From Octopus vulgaris (Eukaryota): a DNA stretch of 64,000 nt. The notes under the pieces are model-generated. The model saw only the letters and a program-made list of their open reading frames with translations, searched no databases and was not told where the DNA came from. Each line of letters begins with the position of its first letter. Within the stretch, counting starts at the first letter, position 1. Location: the NCBI GenBank assembly GCA_951406725.2, contig OX597826.1, forward strand, positions 36,084,001 through 36,148,000, given 5' to 3'. The position numbers and the translations under genes were made by a program. Shown in pieces: positions 1-11,506 of the stretch.

Positions 1-484
1 GCTCCAAGGGTCAAGTTGAAGCCAGTTGAGAACTACTGGTCAAAAGGATTGAACCCAGAATGTCTTTATCACTCAACCATTCCATGCCCTCTCCACTACA
101 CACCTACGTGCCACTGGCTCAAACTCAGAGTCTCACAGAGTCACACAGTGTCCTGTTTATCACTCAACCATTCTTGCTGCCACACAATAATTGTAAATAT
201 CAGAACAACTAACTTACCATTCCCTCCAAACAAATAGAAGACTTTCTGCTTAATCAAATGTGATTAATGTTTTATGTTTTCTTCATGATATTCCAAGTCA
301 GTTTTGTTTTCTACAGTCTTCCGTTGAGGACTTCATGAGTGCAACATGTCAATAAGATATTGGCAAACATTCAAAAACAAAAGATCAGTGAACCACTTGA
401 GAATGCACTTAAACAATCAACAGCAGTGTATGTGTGTGTGTGTGTTTGTAGGTGTGTGTCCGTGTGAGGGACAGAGAGGGAAAG

Positions 485-534
<50 letters not shown>

Positions 535-956
535 TGTGTGTCTAACTAAACAATTTACCATTAACGCATACAACTAATTACTTTTACATTAAGCTTATTA
601 CAAATGTGACAAATAGAGGGGTAGATTTTATGTTAGCAGTTCTGAAATGGTGTATACTTATGCACATTGCTGCACTCTGGTGCACTGTGGAGCATTGGTA
701 CAATGCAACTGGTATCTTAGATGTGGCATGGATTCTTGAAAATATAATTTAAGGCATCATGAAATTCATATTAATTGTTTAAATGACTTTATGTTTGTTC
801 TGAAAACTTTATGTTTGTTCTGAAAACAAAAGGTTTGAAATCCAAACAGGCAGCAATGTTGATATATCTATATAATATCTATATTACTCTACCTCTAGTA
901 TTTGAGTATTATTTTTTTCCCATCTTGTTTCACATTTATGTGCTTACTCTGGCATA

Positions 957-989
<33 letters not shown>

Positions 990-1106
990 ATACACACATA
1001 CACACACATATATATATCCACATACATATATATATATACACACACACATATATATATACGCACATACACACATACACACATACACACACACATATATATG
1101 TATGTA

Positions 1107-1144
<38 letters not shown>

Positions 1145-1146
<2 letters not shown>

Positions 1147-1709
1147 ATGATCCTCAGCACCAAATATATTCTTGGCATCAAATGGCAGAATCGTGACCCC
1201 TACAAAGATGTCCTCAAGCAAGCAGGAATACCAGGCATGTTTGCACTCCTCACACAAAGACGTATGGGATGGCTTGGAAAATGGCAGAATTCTCAATGAT
1301 ATACGTTATGGAGAGCTTGCTAGGGGCACTAGGTCTGTAGGAAGACCATTCTTATGATACAAGGATGTTTGCAAAAGGGACATGAAGGCCTGCAACATCA
1401 ATATGAGCAAGTGGGAAGTGGTTGCCAGCAACCGTGGAGATTGGCGATGCGTCATAGGAGAGGGAACACAAAGGAGTGACAGAGGGAGAGAGGAGAAATG
1501 GAAAGACAAGAAAAGATGTCGACAAGAAACTATGACATTACAACCAGCCAGGCAAAGTCTTTGCTACATTTGCGGCACCTGTCAGAGGGAGTGTTTGTCC
1601 AGGATAGGACTACACAGCCACAGCAGGAGATGTATTAGGACATGAAATGTAAAAGCCGGACTAGATTATTTTATGCACAACTCCATTGTCTCCCAAGACA
1701 AAAGGATGC

Positions 1710-1713
<4 letters not shown>
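1145..1713 (+). mobile_element. 5'-truncated RTE (BovB-like) LINE 3' end inserted in (TA)n
   Basis: Frameshifted peptides ILGIKWQ...RRMGWLG / YGELARGTRSVGRP / YKDVCKRDMK...W...R..WR / C..C.R.C.SRIGL.SH.RRC are the RTE C-terminal region with its CCHC knuckle; short 3' UTR ends GGATGCCAAC; (TA)n on both sides. Confidence 0.9.
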
Positions 1714-1750
<37 letters not shown>

Positions 1751-1753
<3 letters not shown>

Positions 1754-2084
1754 AATATTAGGGAATAAATTCAAACTTACAGGGAAAAATCAAATTTAGG
1801 ATTGAATCCAATTTTATAATAAAATATTATATTATATTAAATTAGAGACAAAACCACTATTAGGCAAATCAAACAATGAAAAACTTCAGCCAATACATAA
1901 GATTATTTAATTTATATTATTTAAATATATAACAAAATTATTAAAAAAATATAATTAATTATATTTTTTAATAATTTTGTTATATATTCAAATAATATAA
2001 ATTAAATAATCTTATGTATTGGCTTAAGTTTTTCATTGTTTGATTTGCCTAATAGTGGTTTTGTCTCTAATTTAATATAATATA
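1751..2084. mobile_element. Fold-back repeat in (TA)n, probably a Penelope-type terminal remnant; spacer-less palindrome 1828-2084
   Basis: Arms of ~128 bp centred at 1956/1957 with 2 substitutions and 1 indel; the same family recurs rearranged at 19700-19870. Confidence 0.7.
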
Positions 2085-3584
2085 TATATATATACATACA
2101 TACTCATATGTGTGTGTGTAGGCATCTATTATCTATCTATCTATCTGTCTCTGTCTCTCTCTCTCTATATATATACATGTGTGTGTGTGTATGTATGTAT
2201 ATATGTATATATGTATAATGAGAGTTCTGGAGCCATGTGCCTCATTGAAGAACTGTTTTGAATGCTGTCACAAAAACGGCATTGCATTTTGCCATTTTTA
2301 TTCAAGTCGTTTCATTCCATTTAGCTGGAAACTGATTTCCAGTGCTGTTTTATGAAAGAAGAAATCTTCTTTGAGGAGATGAGAATGAGCAAATTTGCAA
2401 AGCTATTCAACGTATGACCACACAATCAAATTGATGTAAAATAGGAGAGAACAACAAACATTGAAACATGATGGTTTTGTAAGTAATACAAGATTCTAGG
2501 ACATTTTCTATGGCCTGGAACTAACCATTTTCATCTCAGGAACTTCACATAAAGATATATAAATTGAAAACATTGACAAGAGTAGAATTATATTTGTCAG
2601 AAATATGCTCCATCGTTGATCTGGGAGATGCTATGATCGAATTTGTAGCAAATTAAACCAGGCACCAAGCAGCCATTATACAGGATTTTATGGCTTTATA
2701 TATTATTATTATTTTCCTTTTCTATTTTGGGATTGGGAGAGATTGACTTATTTCCTCTTTGGAATTGCCTAATGAATGTAAAAGATCTTCAGAATACATT
2801 GTGTGTGTGTGGATGGCCAATCTCTCTAGGTTAATGTAATGCTTCTTTCCATTCATTCATTTTACAAGTATTAACATAGAAGGCATGTGAGATAATCCAA
2901 GAAAATTTGTTGCGACTTCTCTAAAGAGATCAGGTGATGAGGTGTAGATGGCAATGTTAGTGGTGACTGCAGTGATGTGGGCGACCCTGTTGGGTAGAGG
3001 TCCGTAATAAATAGAGATTATATTTTACCCTGATTAACCTCCAATGGAGTTTATTATAAAAGAATTCATCAAGTAATTGAAGGATACTTTAAGAGAACAC
3101 ACAATCCTTGTGCGAAGTGAAAAGTTTGGTTATCAAAAGACACATCAATATAGTTGACCTTAACAGAGGAAAACCACTTCCAGGGTTCCAGATTAGAGAA
3201 GTTGGTCCATAAATCAAAATGGTCAAACTAGTTGGCTATTCCTTTACCATCAAAGAGAGGCAGCAAATAAAACTGTTGAGAATGGATAAAAGCAGAGAGG
3301 AATTCATTGGAAAAACTAATTTATCAATTCAACACTGCGTAGAAAATTGCTGGTCATGGAAATTCTGTGATGCTTTCAATGTGGAATATGTTATGATACA
3401 AAATATTAGAATTACCAAAACAAAATGAAGGTTGAAAACATATTCTTTGAATCGAGTACTCTACACTAGTTTGACAAAAAGTGGTAAACATTTTACTGTG
3501 GATGATTATAATACTTACACCCAAAGTAAAATAATGCATTTTTATAGTTATATAAGAGTGAAATGTAACTTTGAAGTAGCAGCT

Positions 3585-3607
3585 ACAGTAGTATTAGTAT
3601 TAGTAGC

Positions 3608-3670
<63 letters not shown>

Positions 3671-3780
3671 GGTGGTGGTGGTAGTGGTGGTGGTGGTGGT
3701 GGTGTGTGGTGGTAGTAGTGGTGGTGGTGGTGGTGGTGGTGGTGGTGGTAGTAGTGGTGGTGGTGGTGGTGGTGATGGTG

Positions 3781-3812
<32 letters not shown>

Positions 3813-3905
3813 GGTGGTGGTGGTGGTGGTGATGGTGGTAGTAGTAGTAGTAATAGTAATTGAATGGTGATGATGACAACGATGATGATGATAATAACGA
3901 TGAGG
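3585..3905. repeat. Compound trinucleotide microsatellite (GTA)n/(GGT)n/(GAT)n
   Basis: Direct reading; source of poly-V/G/S/P/T pseudo-ORFs. Confidence 0.95.
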
Positions 3906-4190
3906 AGAAAGGGGAGGATGCAGATGCTTTCTATCACTGTTGGTGTTTAGCCCCAGGTCAGCCATTGCTTAGCAAGCCTATAACAACAATGACACACAAC
4001 AAAAAACAACAACATTCCACCGTGACCATTCCATCCACCATGCCTAAGACTACATTATCCTATGAATAATGGAACTAAGCTGGAACTTTCCTTCCTAATT
4101 ACAGAGAGCAGCAAACAACATATTTATTGGTGAGTGTTGAGGTTTACTAAGCTAGAACCAATTTAAGGAATTAATATATCAGGAATTATA

Positions 4191-4404
4191 AAGCAGCAAG
4201 CTGGCAGAAACGTTAGCACACCGGCCGAAATGCTTAGCAGTATTTCATCTCTCTTCACTTCTGAGTTCAAATTCCACTGAGGTTGACTTTGCCTTTCATC
4301 CTTTCAGGGTTGATAAATTAGGTACCTGTTGCATACTGGGGTTGATCTAATCGACTGGTTCCCTCCCCCAAAATTTCAGGCCTTGTGCCTAGAGTTGAAA
4401 AGAA
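4191..4404 (+). mobile_element. tRNA-derived SINE, family A
   Basis: A-box-like AAGCTGGCAGAAACGTTAG, B-box GAGTTCAAATTCC, conserved core GACTTTGCCTTTCATCCTTTC; homologous to 35967-36198. Confidence 0.85.
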
Positions 4405-4450
4405 CATACGAGGAATTATATTTATAAATTAGTAGTAAACATTTTTCCCT

Positions 4451-4715
4451 TGTTTCAGTCATTAGGCTACAGCCATCCTGGGACACCATCTTCAAGAATT
4501 GTCAAGCAGTGGTGGAGAACAAGCAAAGACACAAATGCATACACACACACACACACACACATAACAACAGGTTTCTTTTAGCTTCCATCTTCTAAATCCA
4601 CTCACAATGCTTTGACTGGCCCAAGGCTATAGTAGAAGACATTTTCCCAAGGTACCATGCAGTAGGACTGAACCTGGAACCCTGTGGTTAGGAAGCAAAC
4701 TTCTTACCACACTGG
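4451..4715 (-). mobile_element. tRNA-derived SINE, family B (internally deleted)
   Basis: Same orientation as and homologous to the full copy at 34731-35130. Confidence 0.8.
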
Positions 4716-5407
4716 CAATTATATTTAAGGGTCAGGGCCTTCATGTTGTTCAGCTTCACACAGTGCTGTAGGGTTCAAAAGATTGCTTCAAAACTATTTG
4801 ATGTTCGGTCTGGTGTTGAGCTCAATCCCACCTTGTCATACCTTGGACAGGTGTTTTCTCCCATCACCTTAGGTTGACCCAAAGTTTATGACAGAAACTT
4901 TCTGGAAGCAAGCTTGAAGGGCCATACATATATTTTGAATGGTAAATTTCATCCAGGCACCAAGCAGCCATTATACAGGATTTTATATAGCTGGACATGT
5001 TTCCCACAGAAGATCGGAAACAATCACCTGGTTCTTGTGTATGTTTAATAGGGGATTAGGTCTTCATTTTAGGATTAACGACATCTCTTTTTCTCGCATA
5101 TGCATGTGATTCAGAAAAGGATTATGAGGTGAAAGGCTAAATAATCCATGCAAATAAGATCATGACAGAACACGAACTCTACTTCCATTATCTAAGATTA
5201 GCGGTTTCTAAGGAAAGCCATAAAATCCCTGGAAGGGGGTAAGGAACCAAGGAAAGGAAAGGTGACCAATATTTAATTCTAAGTTTCATTAAACTCACAA
5301 TCTTTATTGCATGGGGATAAAGGTCGGGGGTTGGTGCTAATATGTCTCGAAATCTTTCAAAGGATTGTGTTCACCAATAAATAAATAAGAAAGAAGCTGG
5401 AAAGACA

Positions 5408-5569
5408 TTGGCTGTGTGGTAAGTAGCTTGCTTACCAGCCACATGGTTCCAGGTTCAGTCCCACTGCATAGCACCTTGGGCAAGTGTCTTTTACTATAGC
5501 TTCGGGCCAACCAGAGCCTTGTGAGTGGATTTGGTAGACAGAAACTGGAAGAAGCCTGTCATATATATG

Positions 5570-5602
<33 letters not shown>

Positions 5603-5715
5603 ATAAGTTTGTGTATCTGTGTTTGTCCCCCCAACATTGCTTTACAACCGATGCTGGTGTGCGTACGTCCCCCATCACTTGGTGGTTCCAAGACAGGTGA
5701 ATAAGATGATATAAA
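5408..5715 (+). mobile_element. tRNA-derived SINE, family B
   Basis: TGGCTGTGTGGTAAG A-box, GGTTCAGTCCC B-box, CCTTGGGCAAG motif, internal TA/TG linker. Confidence 0.88.
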
Positions 5716-5768
5716 TGAGGAACAGTAGAGGATTGACACCTGTACCGCAAATGTTATTCTTGTGTATA

Positions 5769-5818
<50 letters not shown>

Positions 5819-5852
5819 TAAATATAAATATATGTATATGTATATATATATG

Positions 5853-5914
<62 letters not shown>

Positions 5915-6584
5915 GTGTGTGTGTATATATACATATATATACATGTATGTGTGTGTGTGTGTATATATATATATATTGAGGATTTTTATTTTTGTAGTTG
6001 AAGTTGTTTTTGTAATTTAGTCCCAGGTCAACCTTAACTCAACAGAATGATGATCAAAGGTATTCTAACCATGACCATCCATGCTTATTTTTTCTGTAGG
6101 CAAGAAACTCAAAGCCACATAATCAAACGTTTTTCCTTTCTGAGACTGTAGAATGTGAATTGATGGAGATTTAGCTGCTATTTAGTGCAGGTCAAAATCC
6201 CCCTCAATGGTTACGGGTTTTGTTGATTAGTTCAATTAAATAGTGTTAACTGAATCACGTCGTTATACTAATTGACATAAATCCATTGAACTGAAGTCAT
6301 TATATTAATTAACATTGTGAAATTATTTGACATCAATTAACATAATAATTAATGTCATATACAGAATGACGTCATTATATTTAATTAACATTAATTGATA
6401 TTAATTGATATTGAGATATTAAAAGCTATTGGTATATTAGGAAATGTTATGTTTTTTGACATCATTTAATATAATTAGGAATATCATGTATATAATGATG
6501 TCATATTTAATTAACAGCTTGTGATATTAAATTCAGTCATTATTTTAATTAATGCTGTTGTGATATTTCGTATCAATTAGTATA

Positions 6585-6770
6585 TTGGTTTCAAATTTTG
6601 GTACAAGGCTAGCTATTTTTTGCGGTGGGGAGATGAGTCAATTACATTGACCCCCACCCTCCACCCAGTGTTCAACTGGTACTTCTTTTATCAACCCCGG
6701 AAAATGTGGAAGGCAAAGTTGACCTTGGTAGAATTTGAACTGAGAATGTAAAGACACACAAAATGTCACA
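6585..6770 (-). mobile_element. SINE family A, degraded
   Basis: Reverse-strand core AACTGGTAC...GAAGGCAAAGTTGACC...ATTTGAACT. Confidence 0.7.
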
Positions 6771-7289
6771 GCAGCAGTGGCACTGGTGGCAGCAGCGATG
6801 ATGATGTCGCGGACGAGGAGGAGGAGAAAGAGGAAGAGGAGGTGGAGAAGGAGGTGGGGTGGTGTGGAGGAGGAGGAGGAGGAGGAGGAGGAGGAGGAGG
6901 AGGTGGTGGAGAAGGAGGTGGAGAAGAATGATGACAATTCTTGCTTTGCTTCTTACTTGGTAGACGAAAACTGTTCTGAATCCCACTGAGTGGATTGTGC
7001 CACTAGTCCAAGGGCCCAGCATTGTTACTTAGTGTTTCTTGCAGATTCAACTTGAGAATTACATTAAATGTATATGCATCTCAGGAATACTCAGCCACCA
7101 AGAAACTGAAGTTCATGATGAAGATGGGGAAATATTGCTTTTAATTTAGGAAGAACTCAAATAATTTTAAGGGGAGGGGCTAGACAATACCATAATTGCT
7201 AATACTTTTATATTTTCATTATTTGAAGGATAGAAAGCCAAGCAAGGCTGACTTTGGCAGGATTTGACCTTGGCACATACAAACCTGGC

Positions 7290-7607
7290 TCTCCATCAGG
7301 TGCAACAACAGGTGTTCTAGTTGATCCAATCAATGGAAGTGCCTGCTCATAAAATTAATGTGCAAGTGGCTGAGTACTCCGCAGATATGTGTACCTTTAA
7401 TGTAGGTCTCAGGGAGATTTGGCTTGACACAGAATGTGACAAGGCTGGCCCTTCGAAATATGAATATTGCACATTGTTGCCAATTGACAGAATTGGAGAA
7501 AAGTGAAATAAAGTGGCTAGCTCATGGACACAGTGCACTGCCAGGAATCGAACACATGGCCTTACGACTGGGAGTCGAATACCCTAACCACTAAGCCATA
7601 GCCTTCA
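7290..7607 (-). mobile_element. tRNA-derived SINE, third family
   Basis: Minus-strand head TGGCTTAGTGGTTAGGG...GTGTTCGATTCC (A and B boxes); similar head at ~46330-46435. Confidence 0.75.
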
Positions 7608-7817
7608 TGCTTGGCACATTAAAATTCCTAAGAAATATCACAAGGCAATTTGTCCAAAAATCTAAAAATTCTACTGATGAATCACATAAATTATATTTTT
7701 TTGATTAAAAAAAAAGAAATAAAATAACATAAAATAAAAATATAAATCAAAACATCAAAACATCAGATATGAAAGTATTTTATTCATTTGTAAACATGAT
7801 GAAGGATGAAAATAAAA

Positions 7818-8980
7818 TAGCTTCTGTCACTATGAATTGTTTTTTAATTAGCCCACTGGCTGTTTGCAACACCAGTGTCTGAAAAGACTCTGAGATTCTA
7901 TGTATCTGTTGGAGGAATCACTGCTACATCTAGTCACAGCTGCCTACCATTGACAAGGCCAAGGAAGGCCAAAATTATGTGGTCTGGCAGTTTTTGCAGT
8001 GATATAAATGTGAGTGCTTTTATGCACCACAAGTTCATATGAGAGATACTCTCATGGAAAATGTTATATCCTTTTGCCTCCAATATCATAGTATGGTTGA
8101 TATTGTTGACGATAAAGAATATACTGTAACAGTGTTATAAGAATACAAAATAGAAACAGCGACGGTAACAAACACACAATGAACCAACAATCTTTTACAA
8201 ACCAACGATCAATATTTTCAACACACCAACTCAAACTTTAAACTGTACCTGGACTTCAAAGACCAAACTATGAACTGCTGATTTCGTCAGACCGCTGCTA
8301 TTTATATGTAGTGGTCCTGTCTATTCTCGTCAGAGGGTGTCGTACTCTTGCCACAATAGTAAAGTAACACAGTATTCTGTGTTCTAACACAGCATCCACT
8401 TTTGTCTGTCTATCAAAGTTGTCCATCAGGACGCCCCAAGCCTGTTTCCACACATTTTCCCCATTCATCTCGATTCTTCCATAATGGTCCTCAGCTCATG
8501 TACCCCTTCCAGTATCCTCCAGCAAGTAGTCGAGATAGGTTGTCTTCCTCCTTCCTCTCCTGGTTTTTCCTTCCTTCTGTTGCCAGACCACTAGTTTGTT
8601 AGCAATTTCATATGTGCAACCGAAGCTCCTATGAATCCACATTTAAGTGGGGATAAATATGACATTTTTGCATCAGTATGGCTTCTATTGCTACTAATTA
8701 CATTTTAATAAGCCCACCAGTTAATTGCACCCCCAGAACTGAACAGACACAGAAATTCTATGTATATCACTGATGGGAGAATTGCTGCAACATGTAGCCA
8801 CAGACATATGCCACTGACAAGGCCAAAGAAGGCTGAAATCACAGGAACTGCTAGTTATAGTGGTGGTAGCAGACAATTATCTCCTGCTAGTGATATAGAT
8901 GTGAGTGCTTATATGCACCACAAGTCCATAAAAGAGGGTCTCTCATTGTAACTATCACAGTATTTTCTGTTCTAACACAA
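7818..8980 (+). mobile_element. Two diverged ~300-bp direct repeats (7818-8390 and ~8660-8980) around a short core; possible TRIM-like LTR relic
   Basis: Shared blocks TGACAAGGCCAA.GAAGGC, GTGAGTGCTT.TATGCACCACAAGT, TGTTCTAACACA; purine tract TTAAGTGGGGA just before the second repeat. Confidence 0.45.
8133..8355 (-). mobile_element. Probable solo LTR nested in the first direct repeat
   Basis: TG...CA ends, imperfect 4-bp TSD ACAG/ATAG, minus-strand TATAAATAG, CpG-retaining; absent from the paralogous repeat. Confidence 0.55.
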
Positions 8981-9294
8981 TATCCTCTTTTGATATTTAA
9001 TACTATTTCTGTTGCTTTTAATTATTTATTATTTTTAAATGAAATATTTTGGTGGCACCAAATTAACCCATTGATTCCGTTTTTCTGAAACTTATTTTCT
9101 TTGCAATCTTTCATTGCTTCTCTTGTCTTGATTTGGATAGTTCTTTGGGTACAGTTGAAGAATTACAAGACAAGATGGTGTTGATTTGTTGGAGATTCAA
9201 TGTTAAATGAGATAAACACTTGTAAGATTTGAGAGAGTGTTGATGGGTGGAGGGTGAAGCCGGCAATACATAAAGAAACGAATTGTATCAAAGA

Positions 9295-9530
9295 ACAGAT
9301 GGTGGTGATGGTGGTGGCGATGATGATAATGATGATGATGATGATGATGATGATAGGAAGAAGAGGGGAGAAGAAGAAGAAGAAGAAGAAGAAGAAGAAG
9401 AAGAAGAAGAAGAAGAAGAAGAAGAAGAATTGTGGTGGTGGTGGTGGAGATGATGGCACTGCTACTACCAATGATGATGATGAGGAGGATGATGATGATG
9501 ATAATAATAACAACCACAACAATGATGTTG
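9295..9530. repeat. Compound (GAT)n/(AAG)n/(GGT)n microsatellite
   Basis: Direct reading. Confidence 0.95.
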
Positions 9531-10626
9531 AGGCAATTTTATGAAATTTATTTCCATATTTTTTTTTTCCTGCATCAATAAATTTTCTTCACTTTTCTCA
9601 ATTTGATACTTTTTTTTAATTAATTCTTCTCAATCTGCAAAGAATATTCCTATGATATACAATATGATAACATCATGTGTGTGTGTATAAGTATGTATGT
9701 GTGCATGTGTGTGTATGTGTAGTGTGTATGTATATATATATATATATATATATACGTGTGACTGTATATATATAAATATATAATGTGTGTGTGTGTGTAT
9801 ATGTGCATGTATGTATGATCATATATGTATGTATATAATGTAAATGCATGTGTGTGTGTATGTGTGTATGTATATATATATACATGTGTATGTATGATCA
9901 TATATGTATATATATAATATATATATGTGTGTGTGTATGAACATATATGTATATATATATATATATATGTGTGTTTGTGCATGTATGATCATATATGTGT
10001 GTATATAATGTATATGTATATGTCTGTGTGTATGATCATATTTACATATGTATATAATGCATATGTGTGTATATATATATATATGTGTGTGTATGTATGT
10101 ATGTATGTATGTATGTATGTATGTACAAAGTGTGGGGGTTTAGTTCACAGGTTATCTAAATGGTTAGGTACACCAGGTAAGTGCTGTAACGGATTACTGG
10201 GGCGCCAAGACAGTAGTAATGGAAACATTGCAGATTTCATTCATGTGTATAAGTATGTATGTGTGTGCGTATTTGTGTAGTGTGTATGTGTATATATGTG
10301 TATGTATACATATATATATATATATGTGTATGTATATATATATATATATTGTATTTCAGGATTGCCATTTTATATATTATTTTATTTTTGTTTTGCCAAA
10401 TAAACACACACACTATATATACTTTTTTCACTCATTAAGTTCTTCTTTGTTTTTTTTTATTATTTTAGTGCCTGTCCATTATCCAGAGATTTTTCATCAC
10501 ACATCTGTGACCTCTTCAGCAACACTTTTTGCTTTTGTGTGTGTTCTTGCTCCACTTACTCTAATCTGTTCTTCTCAGATATGTATCCTTATGTGTGCAT
10601 GCGTTTGTCTCCTTGTTTGTGTGTGT

Positions 10627-10687
<61 letters not shown>

Positions 10688-10983
10688 CATGTGTGTGTGT
10701 CATAATTTTTAGTAGAAGTGTGGCCTTCCCCTCAGCTCCATCCTCTCCCCCACCCCATTGTGCTGCTGCTGTCCTAAAACCTGACCAAAAAAAATGGCAC
10801 AGTTCTTGTATTCCTCTTTGAATGTGTGTCTGCCTGTGGTGTTGCCATTTTGGTATTTGTTGTTGTTATTGTTATTGCCATCGTCGGCACTGCTGCTGCT
10901 GCTGACCGTGTTACTCATGTTGTTGACATCATATGGCTGTCCATGAAGTTTCATGTGTGTCTGTTTGTGTATGTGTATGTATG

Positions 10984-11020
<37 letters not shown>

Positions 11021-11269
11021 TTGTGTGTATGAACATATATGCATATATGTATGTATATGTATATGCATGTGTGTGTATGTGTATGTGCGAGTATAAGACA
11101 TATGCAACACACACACTCATGTGGGGTGGGGGTGGAGGGGGCTAAGATGAGTTCTTTTTTATATTTGCTTTTCATCCTGTAAGGTATTTAAAGAAATAAG
11201 TTTGCATAAATTGACAGACAGACAAACATATTATGGCTGGATAGATAAATAAAATACTTGTATAAAATG

Positions 11270-11490
11270 CATACCTGAGCACAGACATTATGCAAAATTT
11301 CCATCCGCTAGAAACCCTTGAACAAGTATTGCTCTTATCAGACTTAGAATTCCTATAAAACACAATTGTAATTATGTAACAGCAATCTATGGTTTAATAT
11401 AAACATGTATATATATATATTGTATGTACTGTGCATGCACCTTTGATGAGTTGTAGTGCACCTGAGCACTATATACAATAATTTCGTTAC
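11270..11490 (+). mobile_element. Degraded CR1/L2-like LINE 3' fragment
   Basis: Peptide PLETLEQ...SDL.F resembles the CR1 C-terminal LPTLE.RR...DL motif; tail GTGCACCTGAGCACT...CAATAA. Confidence 0.4.
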
Positions 11491-11506
11491 TATATATATA
11501 TATATA

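Noticed and set aside
788-827. 20-bp perfect tandem duplication
   Set aside because: Ordinary slippage or repair duplication with no insert.
3219-3428. 69-aa non-repetitive ORF (also 37378-37608 and 55116-55316)
   Set aside because: No recognisable motif; length is within chance expectation.
8280-8335. Two CTGACGA motifs on the minus strand of the solo LTR as a hammerhead
   Set aside because: Stem II is not closed next to the core and no stem I/III or cleavage triplet lines up.
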